Virus record (IMG/VR): IMGVR_UViG_3300007539_000027 | Location: 1 to 52,319 of that record | DNA from: a virus | Lineage: Duplodnaviria; Caudoviricetes | Length of the DNA: 52,319 bases | Strand: one strand, 5' to 3' | Shown: piece by piece, positions 1 through 8,129 of the stretch | Layout of the letters: each line of letters opens with the position of its first letter | How positions within the stretch are numbered: position 1 is the stretch's first letter | Position numbers and translations under genes: made by a program | The notes under the pieces: generated by a model | Databases searched by the model: none | What the model saw: the letters and a program-made list of their open reading frames with translations, nothing else | What the model was told of the DNA's origin: nothing

Positions 1-293
1 AGATCCTTCATCTTCTTATGAAGATCCTGTAGTTTCTCAGTCATGTCTGCAACGTGCTTCATTGCCGCTACAGCGACTTCATATGCTCTAGGGTGTCCAC
101 TCTCCTGAGCGACCTCTAAGGCACCTCTGACCGCCTCCTGACCCTGATCTATGAGGGTGTATAACTCACCCCTGGTATATTCATAGTCTTTCTGGCGATC
201 GTCATCAGTTTTCTCAACCTTTACTGGTGGTTTATCTACCACAGGTTCAGCACTGATATTGAGGATCTCCTCCATGTTCTCTTCTAGGCTCAT
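1..293 (-). CDS. gp16: Terminase small subunit (T4 gp16-like), runs off the window edge
   Basis: Not in ORF track; translated by hand from ATG at 293 (ATGA overlap with gp15 stop): MSLEENMEEILNISAE...DYEYTRGELYTLIDQGQEAVRGALEVAQESGHPRAYEV; HPRAYEV motif and position after gp15 are typical of cyanophage gp16. Confidence 0.9.
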   Translation of the reverse strand, partial: MSLEENMEEILNISAEPVVDKPPVKVEKTDDDRQKDYEYTRGELYTLIDQGQEAVRGALEVAQESGHPRAYEVAVAAMKHVADMTEKLQDLHKKMKD

Positions 294-1090
294 AAGAATT
301 CAATTCCTTCATTAAATCCAAAGTCATCTCCAGCATCAACCAGGGCATCATCATTGACATCAATGACACCATCTGAGTTGATATCTGTAACTGCTTTTGG
401 TGTGTATGTTCTTGTAATCGCTCTACGGTTGACAGATGTATCTCCAAGCGTCTCATGAATGATTGCTTTCTTAATAACATCTGAGGTGTTGTATGGACCG
501 TAGAGATATGTTTTCATTGTGAAGTTGAGAGTATAGACAATATATCTACGTTCGTAAAAACTATCATCCCACTCGTCTTCATAACTAATACCATTCAATA
601 CAATAGCAACATCTCTCTTCTCATTCATGTCTGGGATCATGTTGAGAGTGATGCTGAAAGATGGTTGGAAGTATGGTAAAATTTGCTCTGTAATTTGTAG
701 TGCATCATCCTGAGACTTTGCAATAACTCCCAATTGGAAACTTAAATTATAAGGAACAGGAACATATTGAACTCTGACTTCATCACCATTACCATCAATG
801 ATAGTTCTGTATTTTTGAATTGGTGATGTCTTACGGGTAGGATCGTAATCAATGCTCGTCATCTCAAAATAGAGACGTGGTAGAGTAATTGCTACTTTCC
901 TGTTCGTGTTGTTTTCTTCTAGACGAACAAGGAATTTCTGTTTAGGACCATATGCTAGGGGAACTTTCTGCTCCTCTAAAACAGTACCATCACTAGGATC
1001 TGTGCTCTTTAGTGTGATGTTATTAAACATCGTACCAAAAGCAACAATGTTCTTACGAACAATCTGATTGTAAAAATGTGATCCTAACAT
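290..1090 (-). CDS. gp15: Tail sheath stabilizer / tail completion protein (T4 gp15-like)
   Basis: FYNQIVRKNIVAFGTMFNNI, KVPLAYGPKQKFL, TLPRLYFEM, QITEQILPYFQP motifs; gp13-14-15-16 synteny. Confidence 0.93.
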   Translation of the reverse strand: MLGSHFYNQIVRKNIVAFGTMFNNITLKSTDPSDGTVLEEQKVPLAYGPKQKFLVRLEENNTNRKVAITLPRLYFEMTSIDYDPTRKTSPIQKYRTIIDGNGDEVRVQYVPVPYNLSFQLGVIAKSQDDALQITEQILPYFQPSFSITLNMIPDMNEKRDVAIVLNGISYEDEWDDSFYERRYIVYTLNFTMKTYLYGPYNTSDVIKKAIIHETLGDTSVNRRAITRTYTPKAVTDINSDGVIDVNDDALVDAGDDFGFNEGIEFL

Positions 1091-2214
1091 TAGATGCTAC
1101 CTGTAAAATTACCAAACTCACCAAATGGATTAGTCTCAGACCAATCCACAATGTTATCAGCATCATCTTCGATCTGTCTATTCTGATCGTAGTTGCTGTT
1201 CACATTATTTAGAGTGTCAAATGTCTCTGGAGACCACTTAGCACCAGAAGTTAGACCAGTAATTACTTCAGCAGTAGTGAAGGTTCCTGTTCTGTTGATG
1301 ACTTGGAGAGATCTGGTTGTGCTATCCCAGGACTTGACTTCTGCTCTGTTATCTTTAGGTGAGTAGTCAATAGTAACAGTAGGAGCAGTTGTATACCCAG
1401 TGCCCCCACTAGTAATAGTGATGCCATTAACAATACCAGTCGAACTAACTGTTGCAGTTGCTGTTGCACCTGTACCACCTCCTCCAGAAATAGTTACCGA
1501 TGGTGGTGTTGCTTGCTTGTAGTGCGATCCACCGTCAGTAATAGTTATGCTGGTAACAGCATCTCCTGTAATAGTAGATGTTGCTTTTGCTAGGAACTCG
1601 TCACCAACAATCTCCTCACCTACAGTAAAGTCTCCTGTTCCACCAGGATCCATAAAGAGTTTGATGGCATTGTCGAATAGTTGTTCCACTGCATCGATCT
1701 CTGCAACACCAGTATCAAAGTCGTCCTGACCGAATTCATAGATTTCAGCGGTAATGGCATAGAATTGGATCTTGCCAAACTGGAAGAATGGTTCTTCCTT
1801 ACCGACAAATTTGATCTCGTAAATATCTGTTGTAAGTGGGAAGTATAGAAGATCTCCTTCATTGGGTCTACTATCCAATGTCAGGGTGGGATTATACTGT
1901 GCTACAGCTTCATCCCATCTTCTACTAGAAACACGGAAGATAATTTCGTCTGTAATCCTTAGACCGAACTTGGAGATGAACTCTGAGTTGTCACCAAAAC
2001 CCGTGACGTTCTGCAACAGCATTTCAATCTGGAATTGTTCCTGATACTTCGAGTATCTAACTTCTTCCAGAGTGCTGTCTTGTAGAACTATCCTAGGGAT
2101 ATAGTATACGTCTGAACCAAACAATTTGATTTGCTCATCCACAAGATCCTGAATGAGACCTTGTTCGCCACTGTAACCTTGGTAGTAAGTTGGAAAGTAG
2201 GGACTGGTAGGCAT
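1090..2214 (-). CDS. gp14: Neck protein (T4 gp14-like) with inserted Gly/Thr-rich beta repeats
   Basis: EQGLIQDLVDEQIKLFGSDVYYIPR, SKFGL, RPNEGDLLYFP, EEPFFQFGK, C-terminal ETNPFG; synteny. Confidence 0.92.
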   Translation of the reverse strand: MPTSPYFPTYYQGYSGEQGLIQDLVDEQIKLFGSDVYYIPRIVLQDSTLEEVRYSKYQEQFQIEMLLQNVTGFGDNSEFISKFGLRITDEIIFRVSSRRWDEAVAQYNPTLTLDSRPNEGDLLYFPLTTDIYEIKFVGKEEPFFQFGKIQFYAITAEIYEFGQDDFDTGVAEIDAVEQLFDNAIKLFMDPGGTGDFTVGEEIVGDEFLAKATSTITGDAVTSITITDGGSHYKQATPPSVTISGGGGTGATATATVSSTGIVNGITITSGGTGYTTAPTVTIDYSPKDNRAEVKSWDSTTRSLQVINRTGTFTTAEVITGLTSGAKWSPETFDTLNNVNSNYDQNRQIEDDADNIVDWSETNPFGEFGNFTGSI

Positions 2215-2215
2215 C

Positions 2216-3016
2216 TTATCCGATCATATCCATTGGTGGGATTGCATACTTGCTGAGAACTTCGCTTTCGATTTTCTCAATTTCTGCTAGTGCGTCTGTG
2301 TAGATCTCTCTGCCGTTGAGAGTAACACCGCCAGGTAACTGGACGTTGTTATATTTGATCAAGTTCATACCCCACATCTTTTTCATGAGTGCGGTAGCAT
2401 ACTTCTTGACAAACATATCATTGTACATCTCAGTAGCATCTGTAGGATCGATAAGACGATGACACTCAATCAGGATGTTAGATCCTTCTTTGAGGAAGTC
2501 TTTATCAAGATCCATATAGAGACGATCACGACGCATGGTGTATCTGAACTGCTGGAATGATCCATTATTCAGGACCATATCCAGTGTCTCTAGATACTGC
2601 TTGTTTATAAAGTAGTTGAGGATATCAAGTGATCCGAATGCATAGAGATCATTCAGGAACAATTGATACTCAACGCCAAATAGATTAGAACGGATTGAAT
2701 TACTGACTAGACCAAATACTCTAGTGATACCGACTACGTGGTCTGGAACTGGAATATAATTAGTTGTCTCTTTCCAGTCGGTTGTACCACTAGTTGTTGT
2801 TACACTAGCAGCAAACCTTGTCTTATCGTCAGCAGTGATTTCATGGAATAGATATGCACGCTCCATACCATTGTAACAGTTCTCTTGGAAGAACTGAATG
2901 GTATCGTCAATAACATTGTTTACCTGTTCGTCGTCAATATTAACTTGGAGGACAGGCTCACCAAGCTGTCTCTTACAATATGTGATGAGTTCAGCTCTTG
3001 AATTTGGAGATGCCAT
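2216..3016 (-). CDS. gp13: Neck protein (T4 gp13-like); probable start ATG 3016
   Basis: ELITYCKRQLGEPVLQVN, KKYATALMKKMWGMNLIKYNNVQLPGGVTLNG motifs; synteny. Confidence 0.93.
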   Translation of the reverse strand: MASPNSRAELITYCKRQLGEPVLQVNIDDEQVNNVIDDTIQFFQENCYNGMERAYLFHEITADDKTRFAASVTTTSGTTDWKETTNYIPVPDHVVGITRVFGLVSNSIRSNLFGVEYQLFLNDLYAFGSLDILNYFINKQYLETLDMVLNNGSFQQFRYTMRRDRLYMDLDKDFLKEGSNILIECHRLIDPTDATEMYNDMFVKKYATALMKKMWGMNLIKYNNVQLPGGVTLNGREIYTDALAEIEKIESEVLSKYAIPPMDMIG

Positions 3017-3023
3017 TACACAC

Positions 3024-3061
3024 AAAAAATCCCTTCTTACCTATTTAGGAAGAAGGGATTT
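3024..3061 (-). terminator. Rho-independent terminator with a late-promoter-like motif in its loop
   Basis: 12-bp inverted repeat AAATCCCTTCTT (3027-3038) / AAGAAGGGATTT (3050-3061), T6 tract on the minus strand, just after the 64-aa ORF. Confidence 0.75.
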
Positions 3062-3070
3062 AGTATTTAT
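3042..3070 (-). promoter_or_regulatory. Two T4-type late promoter motifs upstream of gp13
   Basis: Minus-strand CTAAATA at 3042-3048 and ATAAATA at 3064-3070; T4 gp55 consensus is TATAAATA. Confidence 0.6.
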
Positions 3071-3261
3071 TCTTCTGAGGTTACTGGTTCTGCTTCTGGT
3101 GCTGCACCTTCGCCTTCTAGAAGTCCGAGAGTTTCGAGACCACCTTGGAGTTTAATTCTGTATTCTTTTGCTTTAGTTAGGTTTGTTTCCAGTTCGCTGA
3201 TTTGTTTATCAGTTTCAGCAATCTGATCTTCGAAGTTCTTTTTTAGTGTTGCGGGATCCAT
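3067..3261 (-). CDS. Small coiled-coil hypothetical protein (64 aa)
   Basis: Heptad-like FEDQIAETDKQISELETNLTKAKEYRIKLQG; upstream late promoter motif and downstream terminator. Confidence 0.75.
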   Translation of the reverse strand: MDPATLKKNFEDQIAETDKQISELETNLTKAKEYRIKLQGGLETLGLLEGEGAAPEAEPVTSEE

Positions 3262-3289
3262 AGTTATCAGTGCAAATGATATGTGATTA

Positions 3290-3296
3290 TATTTAT
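3290..3296 (-). promoter_or_regulatory. Late promoter motif
   Basis: Minus-strand ATAAATA about 30 nt upstream of the 64-aa ORF start. Confidence 0.55.
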
Positions 3297-4009
3297 TATC
3301 TCAAGAAAGCGTTGAATGTCAATCTATTGGTGTGCCAACCCTCCTTAGAAAAATAAGGACTATGCCACAATGCACCTTCATAGAATATAATGCTGTTGAA
3401 TTCATGTGGTTCAATGTGATATCTTTCCCACTCTTTTAATTTTACGTTAGCAGGATCGAAGGAAGTCATTGCTTGCACTTTGTTTGCAATTCTTTCTGTT
3501 CTGTAATTCCTTTCGGCAGTTACATACTCTTCCCCAGTTTCTTTAATGCGCCAGAATGCAGTTCCATTTGGTATCTCGTGATCATAGTCATCATCTTCAT
3601 TGAATGACAATACAGAAGCATATCTAACGTAGTCTGAGTGTGGATACAAACTCATAAACCTTACTTTATCCTGAGGATCATACATTTGCAAAGTAAAATT
3701 GCTTTGCTCTGGATGTCTCAGTAGATCATCACTAGCAGTGAAGTAATGCTTACAGGCAAATCTCACAGGAGAATACAATTGATTTCTATAGTTTCCAATC
3801 TGGTGAAGATATCCAGGTAGATTGGTAACTTGTCCTTTTGTGGTGTCAACATAGTCTACAGACTTAGCAAACAACTTAAGTTGTTCTGGGTTTACAAACC
3901 AATTCTTAATAATGACAAGTTTGTTCTTAAAATTGCCAATATGTTTTTCTTCAACCTCCCAGTGTTGAGGGTGGTTTACCTCAAATAATTGAGGATCAAT
4001 TACTTTCAT
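3296..4009 (-). CDS. 2OG-Fe(II) oxygenase-like protein (DUF6445-like)
   Basis: HxD (PHSD), GTAFWR, FNSIIFYEGALWHSP distal His, terminal RLTFNAF Arg; start ATG 4009 or GTG 4012. Confidence 0.72.
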   Translation of the reverse strand: MKVIDPQLFEVNHPQHWEVEEKHIGNFKNKLVIIKNWFVNPEQLKLFAKSVDYVDTTKGQVTNLPGYLHQIGNYRNQLYSPVRFACKHYFTASDDLLRHPEQSNFTLQMYDPQDKVRFMSLYPHSDYVRYASVLSFNEDDDYDHEIPNGTAFWRIKETGEEYVTAERNYRTERIANKVQAMTSFDPANVKLKEWERYHIEPHEFNSIIFYEGALWHSPYFSKEGWHTNRLTFNAFLR

Positions 4010-4712
4010 CACAAACTCCTATCTTAATTCTGTATGGTCCTGTAGTAACAATGTCGGGACAAGCATTCATAGCTAGCGTAATTCTTTCTTCGCTATAGTC
4101 ATTCTTTACCTGATTGAACCCATGGTATAAACCAGATTGCCAAATAAGTAAAGTTCCTTCTTGTGCATTAGTTGCAATAGTTGGAACTGTGTATGGTGTA
4201 TGATTTTCTGTGTTAATAGAAAATGCTGGATGTGTACCATTGGGTCTGAATGGATTGCAAAATTGTAAGGGAGTATGTTCCTCTTTAAAATTTACAAAAT
4301 AATTACAAGCAAGAATACAATTACCATGGAAGTGTTGGTCTAACCAATTTCCTTTTCGTGTAACGTTAATCCAACTATTTGTAATTAACATCTCATTATA
4401 TTCTGCTTTACCAAAGGTGTCAACAAAGAAAGAGTTTAAACATGTTTTGGTAAACAACTCAAAGTCTCTAATAGCTTCTTGAAATTCTGGTTCTTTTACA
4501 TTTCTAAAAATGTCTTGATCATATGAATTAAAGAAGTGTTGGATGCCACCTTGATCTTCTGGCATCTCATACTTAGTGTCACTATATTTTTGGATAATTT
4601 CGTATACTACCTTTTTCCATTCTTTATGGTGTGGATATTCGTAGAGACCTATTGGTACTACGAATAGATCCATAATTTGAGACTTGATTTTTTCCGCTGA
4701 TTTAATCTTCAT
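3996..4712 (-). CDS. Putative 2OG-Fe(II) oxygenase (TIGR02466-like); probable start ATG 4712
   Basis: SWINVTRKGNWLDQHFHGNC (HxH), EGTLLIWQSGLYHG, ERITLAMN. Confidence 0.8.
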   Translation of the reverse strand: MKIKSAEKIKSQIMDLFVVPIGLYEYPHHKEWKKVVYEIIQKYSDTKYEMPEDQGGIQHFFNSYDQDIFRNVKEPEFQEAIRDFELFTKTCLNSFFVDTFGKAEYNEMLITNSWINVTRKGNWLDQHFHGNCILACNYFVNFKEEHTPLQFCNPFRPNGTHPAFSINTENHTPYTVPTIATNAQEGTLLIWQSGLYHGFNQVKNDYSEERITLAMNACPDIVTTGPYRIKIGVCDESN

Positions 4713-6432
4713 TTGTTTTTTCAAGAACCATGATATAAACACCATTCCACCAATGGTGTGGATTTTCAATGACACCGCTTAGAAGTTTACGTTCGAAGTA
4801 AACATCCAACTTGTTCTCTGATACAAACTGAATAGCACTTTCGACAACACCATCAAAGTTAGCATCATCAATAACTAGAATAAACTTGTCTGCCAAGAAA
4901 GGAAGTACATGATTTAGATTATTGAGTTGCTCAACATAATCATGGTTAGCATCATAGAAAATGACATTGGGTTTCTTACCTTCAAAATCTTCTTCTTTAA
5001 GATCCTTAATCGATGTGCCAATGAACGTGGTTTCTCCATTCTCATACTTATCAAAGTTAACTTTGAATTCTTCTAGAGGATTGCCACATTCTGTCCAGTA
5101 CACATTTTTAGTCATTGGTTGACAGTTTGGTTCTGAAAAATTATCTACACCAAAACAAGGGATATTATTATCCATGATAGCAGCAAAGAATGTACTGCCC
5201 ATGTAAGTGCCTAGTTCTAGATAGACAGAATTATCATAAGAACAAAGATTATTAAGAAGGTGTCTTACTCTAGGAGAACTCAAACCTCGTGCAGAATATA
5301 CCTCTGGTCTAAACTTAGATTTATTTTTCAGAGCATCATCAATCGCATCCATAGAACGCTGAGTATACTCTTCAATGTTATCTGTTTCTCCTTTTTTCTT
5401 GAGGGAAGAATCTACTACTGCTTCACAATAGTGACAATCCCAACAATCAAACTTACATGTTTTGATCTTTTCTCTCCAGAGATTGATGGGAGCATCTTTG
5501 ACCTCTAGGTCATCCATATAATCGTCAAACTCTGGGAACAAAAGATCTTCTTTTCTTGCCCAACGTTCAATGATATCCATGCTTTCTTTCAAACGCATAG
5601 AGTTTTCTCTGCCATGCATTTTGAAAACATCAATACCTAGATCAAGAAACTCTTCCCAATCTTCACGCCACGGTGGCAAGTTTGCAGACTTTAGAGCAGA
5701 AGCATTATCTTCAATGTCCCACTTAGAACAAGAATTTGTACTAATGGGATCCATGAAGTATTGTGGTGCCTGATTTCCTCTGGTGTTATTGAAATGGTAG
5801 TGCTCATCCATCATAGAGCAACCACCCCAACATCCTTCATTTGCAAGGATAGATAGCTCTACTGGTTTACCAATCTCGGCACAGTATTCTTTTGCTCTCT
5901 TGATCTCCAGAAGCGCATTTCTATCTCGCATCAGATCTCTATCCAGATTGATGTAATGGAACCCCGCCTTAGCGAGAGATACAATCTCATTTGCTTTGGT
6001 TACGTTTCTGAGAATTGTGTTCTTGATTTTCAGTTCTGGGAATTCTTTTTGCAAGATGCCAGTAGCAACCCAACTGGTGTGTGGAATTGTAGCAATCTTC
6101 ACTCCCATTTCATAGACAGCACGGAAGTTGTGTACGAACAAATCCAGTGTCTCTAGGTCAGGGCGAACGTAAATGTTATTGAACGTTGCTGACAGAGGCA
6201 ACTCTGCTTCTCTGGCGATTACAATTGCATTGTAGAGTAGTTGCCTGGTGTCTCCATTGAAAACGTCACCCATTGCATCTTGCTCAAATGGGGGCATTCT
6301 ACAGGTAAAATACAGGTCTTTAACAAAACCTCTATATTTCATCAACCAAGGAATGACAACAGAATCTACAAAGATTTTATCAAGCTTGGGATTTATTGGG
6401 AGACTGAATACGGAGTTTTTCACTTGTGACAT
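4702..6432 (-). CDS. Fusion of a U32-family (Fe-S, 'peptidase U32') domain and a class I SAM-dependent methyltransferase (Methyltransf_24-like)
   Basis: N-part: YINLDRDLMRD, ELSILANEGCWGGC, SCSKW, LGIDVFKMHGRE, plus CKFDCWDCHYC; C-part: YLELGTYMGST, GVDNF, IFYDANHDY, LVIDDANF. Confidence 0.75.
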   Translation of the reverse strand: MSQVKNSVFSLPINPKLDKIFVDSVVIPWLMKYRGFVKDLYFTCRMPPFEQDAMGDVFNGDTRQLLYNAIVIAREAELPLSATFNNIYVRPDLETLDLFVHNFRAVYEMGVKIATIPHTSWVATGILQKEFPELKIKNTILRNVTKANEIVSLAKAGFHYINLDRDLMRDRNALLEIKRAKEYCAEIGKPVELSILANEGCWGGCSMMDEHYHFNNTRGNQAPQYFMDPISTNSCSKWDIEDNASALKSANLPPWREDWEEFLDLGIDVFKMHGRENSMRLKESMDIIERWARKEDLLFPEFDDYMDDLEVKDAPINLWREKIKTCKFDCWDCHYCEAVVDSSLKKKGETDNIEEYTQRSMDAIDDALKNKSKFRPEVYSARGLSSPRVRHLLNNLCSYDNSVYLELGTYMGSTFFAAIMDNNIPCFGVDNFSEPNCQPMTKNVYWTECGNPLEEFKVNFDKYENGETTFIGTSIKDLKEEDFEGKKPNVIFYDANHDYVEQLNNLNHVLPFLADKFILVIDDANFDGVVESAIQFVSENKLDVYFERKLLSGVIENPHHWWNGVYIMVLEKTNED

Positions 6433-7204
6433 TTTTTACCTCAGGAAGTTTTAATGGTTCGTTTGATAGTTGTTCTCCTAGAAGAGTTGGAAGTGCGACA
6501 TCATCATATGCTCCTTCCATAATTTTTCTCACTTCAGGAAGCATACGTTGCTGCATTTTTTCAATGCCTGCAGTCAATAGTGTAGCATGTTCCACAGCAC
6601 CACGGATAGCAGAAATCTGATCTTCCTTGGGCATGTTAAGAATGGAATCTAGATTACCACTACCTAGTCTTCCAATAGCATGTACATCAACAGCAGCTTG
6701 TTTTGCCATTCTAGCAATCCAATACTGCCTGTCTTCATGTTCCTGGGTCAGTCGATAGTATTCCATATCGACACCTTCATCCATATGTTCACGAACGATG
6801 TCACAAAACTCAGAGATTTCTCTTTCTACTGTGACAAATTTTCTTTCGTAAACAGTGAGATCATAATTTTTTCTTTCCAGTTCAATCTCTAGTCTTTCAA
6901 TCTCCAGGTCATCTGGATTTTCGAGAGACTTTTCAAGCTTCAGAGATCTTTCTAGTCTTTTCTTATCATTCAAGCACAGTTTGTATTTGTAATGAAGTTC
7001 GACATCAACTTGATGTCTTGTTTCCAGTTCAAGCAACGCCTGTTGAACTTTTTTGTACGGCGTTACTTGGGATCCAACAACAAACGTGTTATTCTGATAG
7101 CGTGTTTGTCCTTGCTGCAGGTGAATAGCAGCTTGGATAATTTGATCGTTTGAAATATTATCTTTGGTTAGTGCTACTAGTTCACTAGAATCCGAAGGTT
7201 CCAT
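6380..7204 (-). CDS. Hypothetical helical/coiled-coil protein (274 aa)
   Basis: Long ORF overlapping both neighbours; charged heptads; QTRYQNNTFVVGSQVTPYKKVQQALLELETR. Confidence 0.75.
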   Translation of the reverse strand: MEPSDSSELVALTKDNISNDQIIQAAIHLQQGQTRYQNNTFVVGSQVTPYKKVQQALLELETRHQVDVELHYKYKLCLNDKKRLERSLKLEKSLENPDDLEIERLEIELERKNYDLTVYERKFVTVEREISEFCDIVREHMDEGVDMEYYRLTQEHEDRQYWIARMAKQAAVDVHAIGRLGSGNLDSILNMPKEDQISAIRGAVEHATLLTAGIEKMQQRMLPEVRKIMEGAYDDVALPTLLGEQLSNEPLKLPEVKNVTSEKLRIQSPNKSQA

Positions 7205-8129
7205 ACTTTACTTCATCCCCAATGCGGTTGTAATTAGAATCACAACGCCCCATTTTCTCTGCTTGAATGAATGGCATTCCAACGTTCAAGTAATCCTCAT
7301 AGAGGATGTTCATATCCCACATGTTATCACAATGTTTGAATTGAGATTTAATAGCGTGATACTTACCGAGCAATGCGGCGTATTCCAATACATATTTATC
7401 ATGGTTCTTGATGACCTTTTTCGCAAGAACCGTCTTATCAATACCTCTAGTTACTGCTAGAATATTGAGAAATGGTGTAGACGCATCGGGATTTTTTAGT
7501 AGTTCTTTTGCTTCGGGAACTTGATACGCCCAAGATTCTTGTTCTACATCATGGCAGTTTTTGAAGTTCTTGAAACGAAGTTCAAATTCTCTTTCGATGA
7601 CTAGAATTGCCATCTTCTTCATGAAGATCAAAGCATTATCGATCTTCGATTGGGTCATGGGGTTTTTTACTTTTTGATACTTGATTTCCCCATCATCATT
7701 CATGTATCCTTCGTAGTCCTTTGAGTAAGACCTAATTTCACCTTGATAGTTGATACCATCATGTAGTTCTTTTGGAGTAAATTCGATATATCTTTTTAGT
7801 CCAGACTTAAGAGTATCGAATACATCTCTCTTCATTCTGACTACAGAAATGTTGAAGAAAGTAAAAACATTAATGAAAGTTGTTTCGTGCTGCTTCAATT
7901 CCATAGCACGAAGGTCTTCTTGACAAAGACCCATGAGGACATCGCCCTTTTGTACTTCTTTTCTATCTTTAATATATTTTTTAACTTCTAACTCAAGAGG
8001 ATGTTGTGGTTTATACTCTGGAATAACCAGATCACCATCCGTAATCATTTGAGTTGGAATTTTTGTTGGAATACTCTCTTTCCATGCAAGATCCCAAGGC
8101 TTCTCGTCGATAAGAATTTTCTTTTTCAT
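7185..8129 (-). CDS. Hypothetical protein with tail-fibre assembly chaperone-like C-terminal half; probable start ATG 8129
   Basis: TGATG overlap with upstream stop; EQESWAYQVPEA...TPFLNILAVTRGIDKTVLAKKV...YAALLGK resembles phage fibre-assembly proteins. Confidence 0.55.
   Translation of the reverse strand: MKKKILIDEKPWDLAWKESIPTKIPTQMITDGDLVIPEYKPQHPLELEVKKYIKDRKEVQKGDVLMGLCQEDLRAMELKQHETTFINVFTFFNISVVRMKRDVFDTLKSGLKRYIEFTPKELHDGINYQGEIRSYSKDYEGYMNDDGEIKYQKVKNPMTQSKIDNALIFMKKMAILVIEREFELRFKNFKNCHDVEQESWAYQVPEAKELLKNPDASTPFLNILAVTRGIDKTVLAKKVIKNHDKYVLEYAALLGKYHAIKSQFKHCDNMWDMNILYEDYLNVGMPFIQAEKMGRCDSNYNRIGDEVKYGTFGF

Noticed and set aside
5380-6432. Radical SAM or collagenase call for the Cys-rich domain
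   Set aside because: A CxxxCxxC string exists (CKFDCWDC) but at the domain end, while U32 motifs dominate; characterised U32 members are hydroxylation enzymes, so protease activity is unsupported
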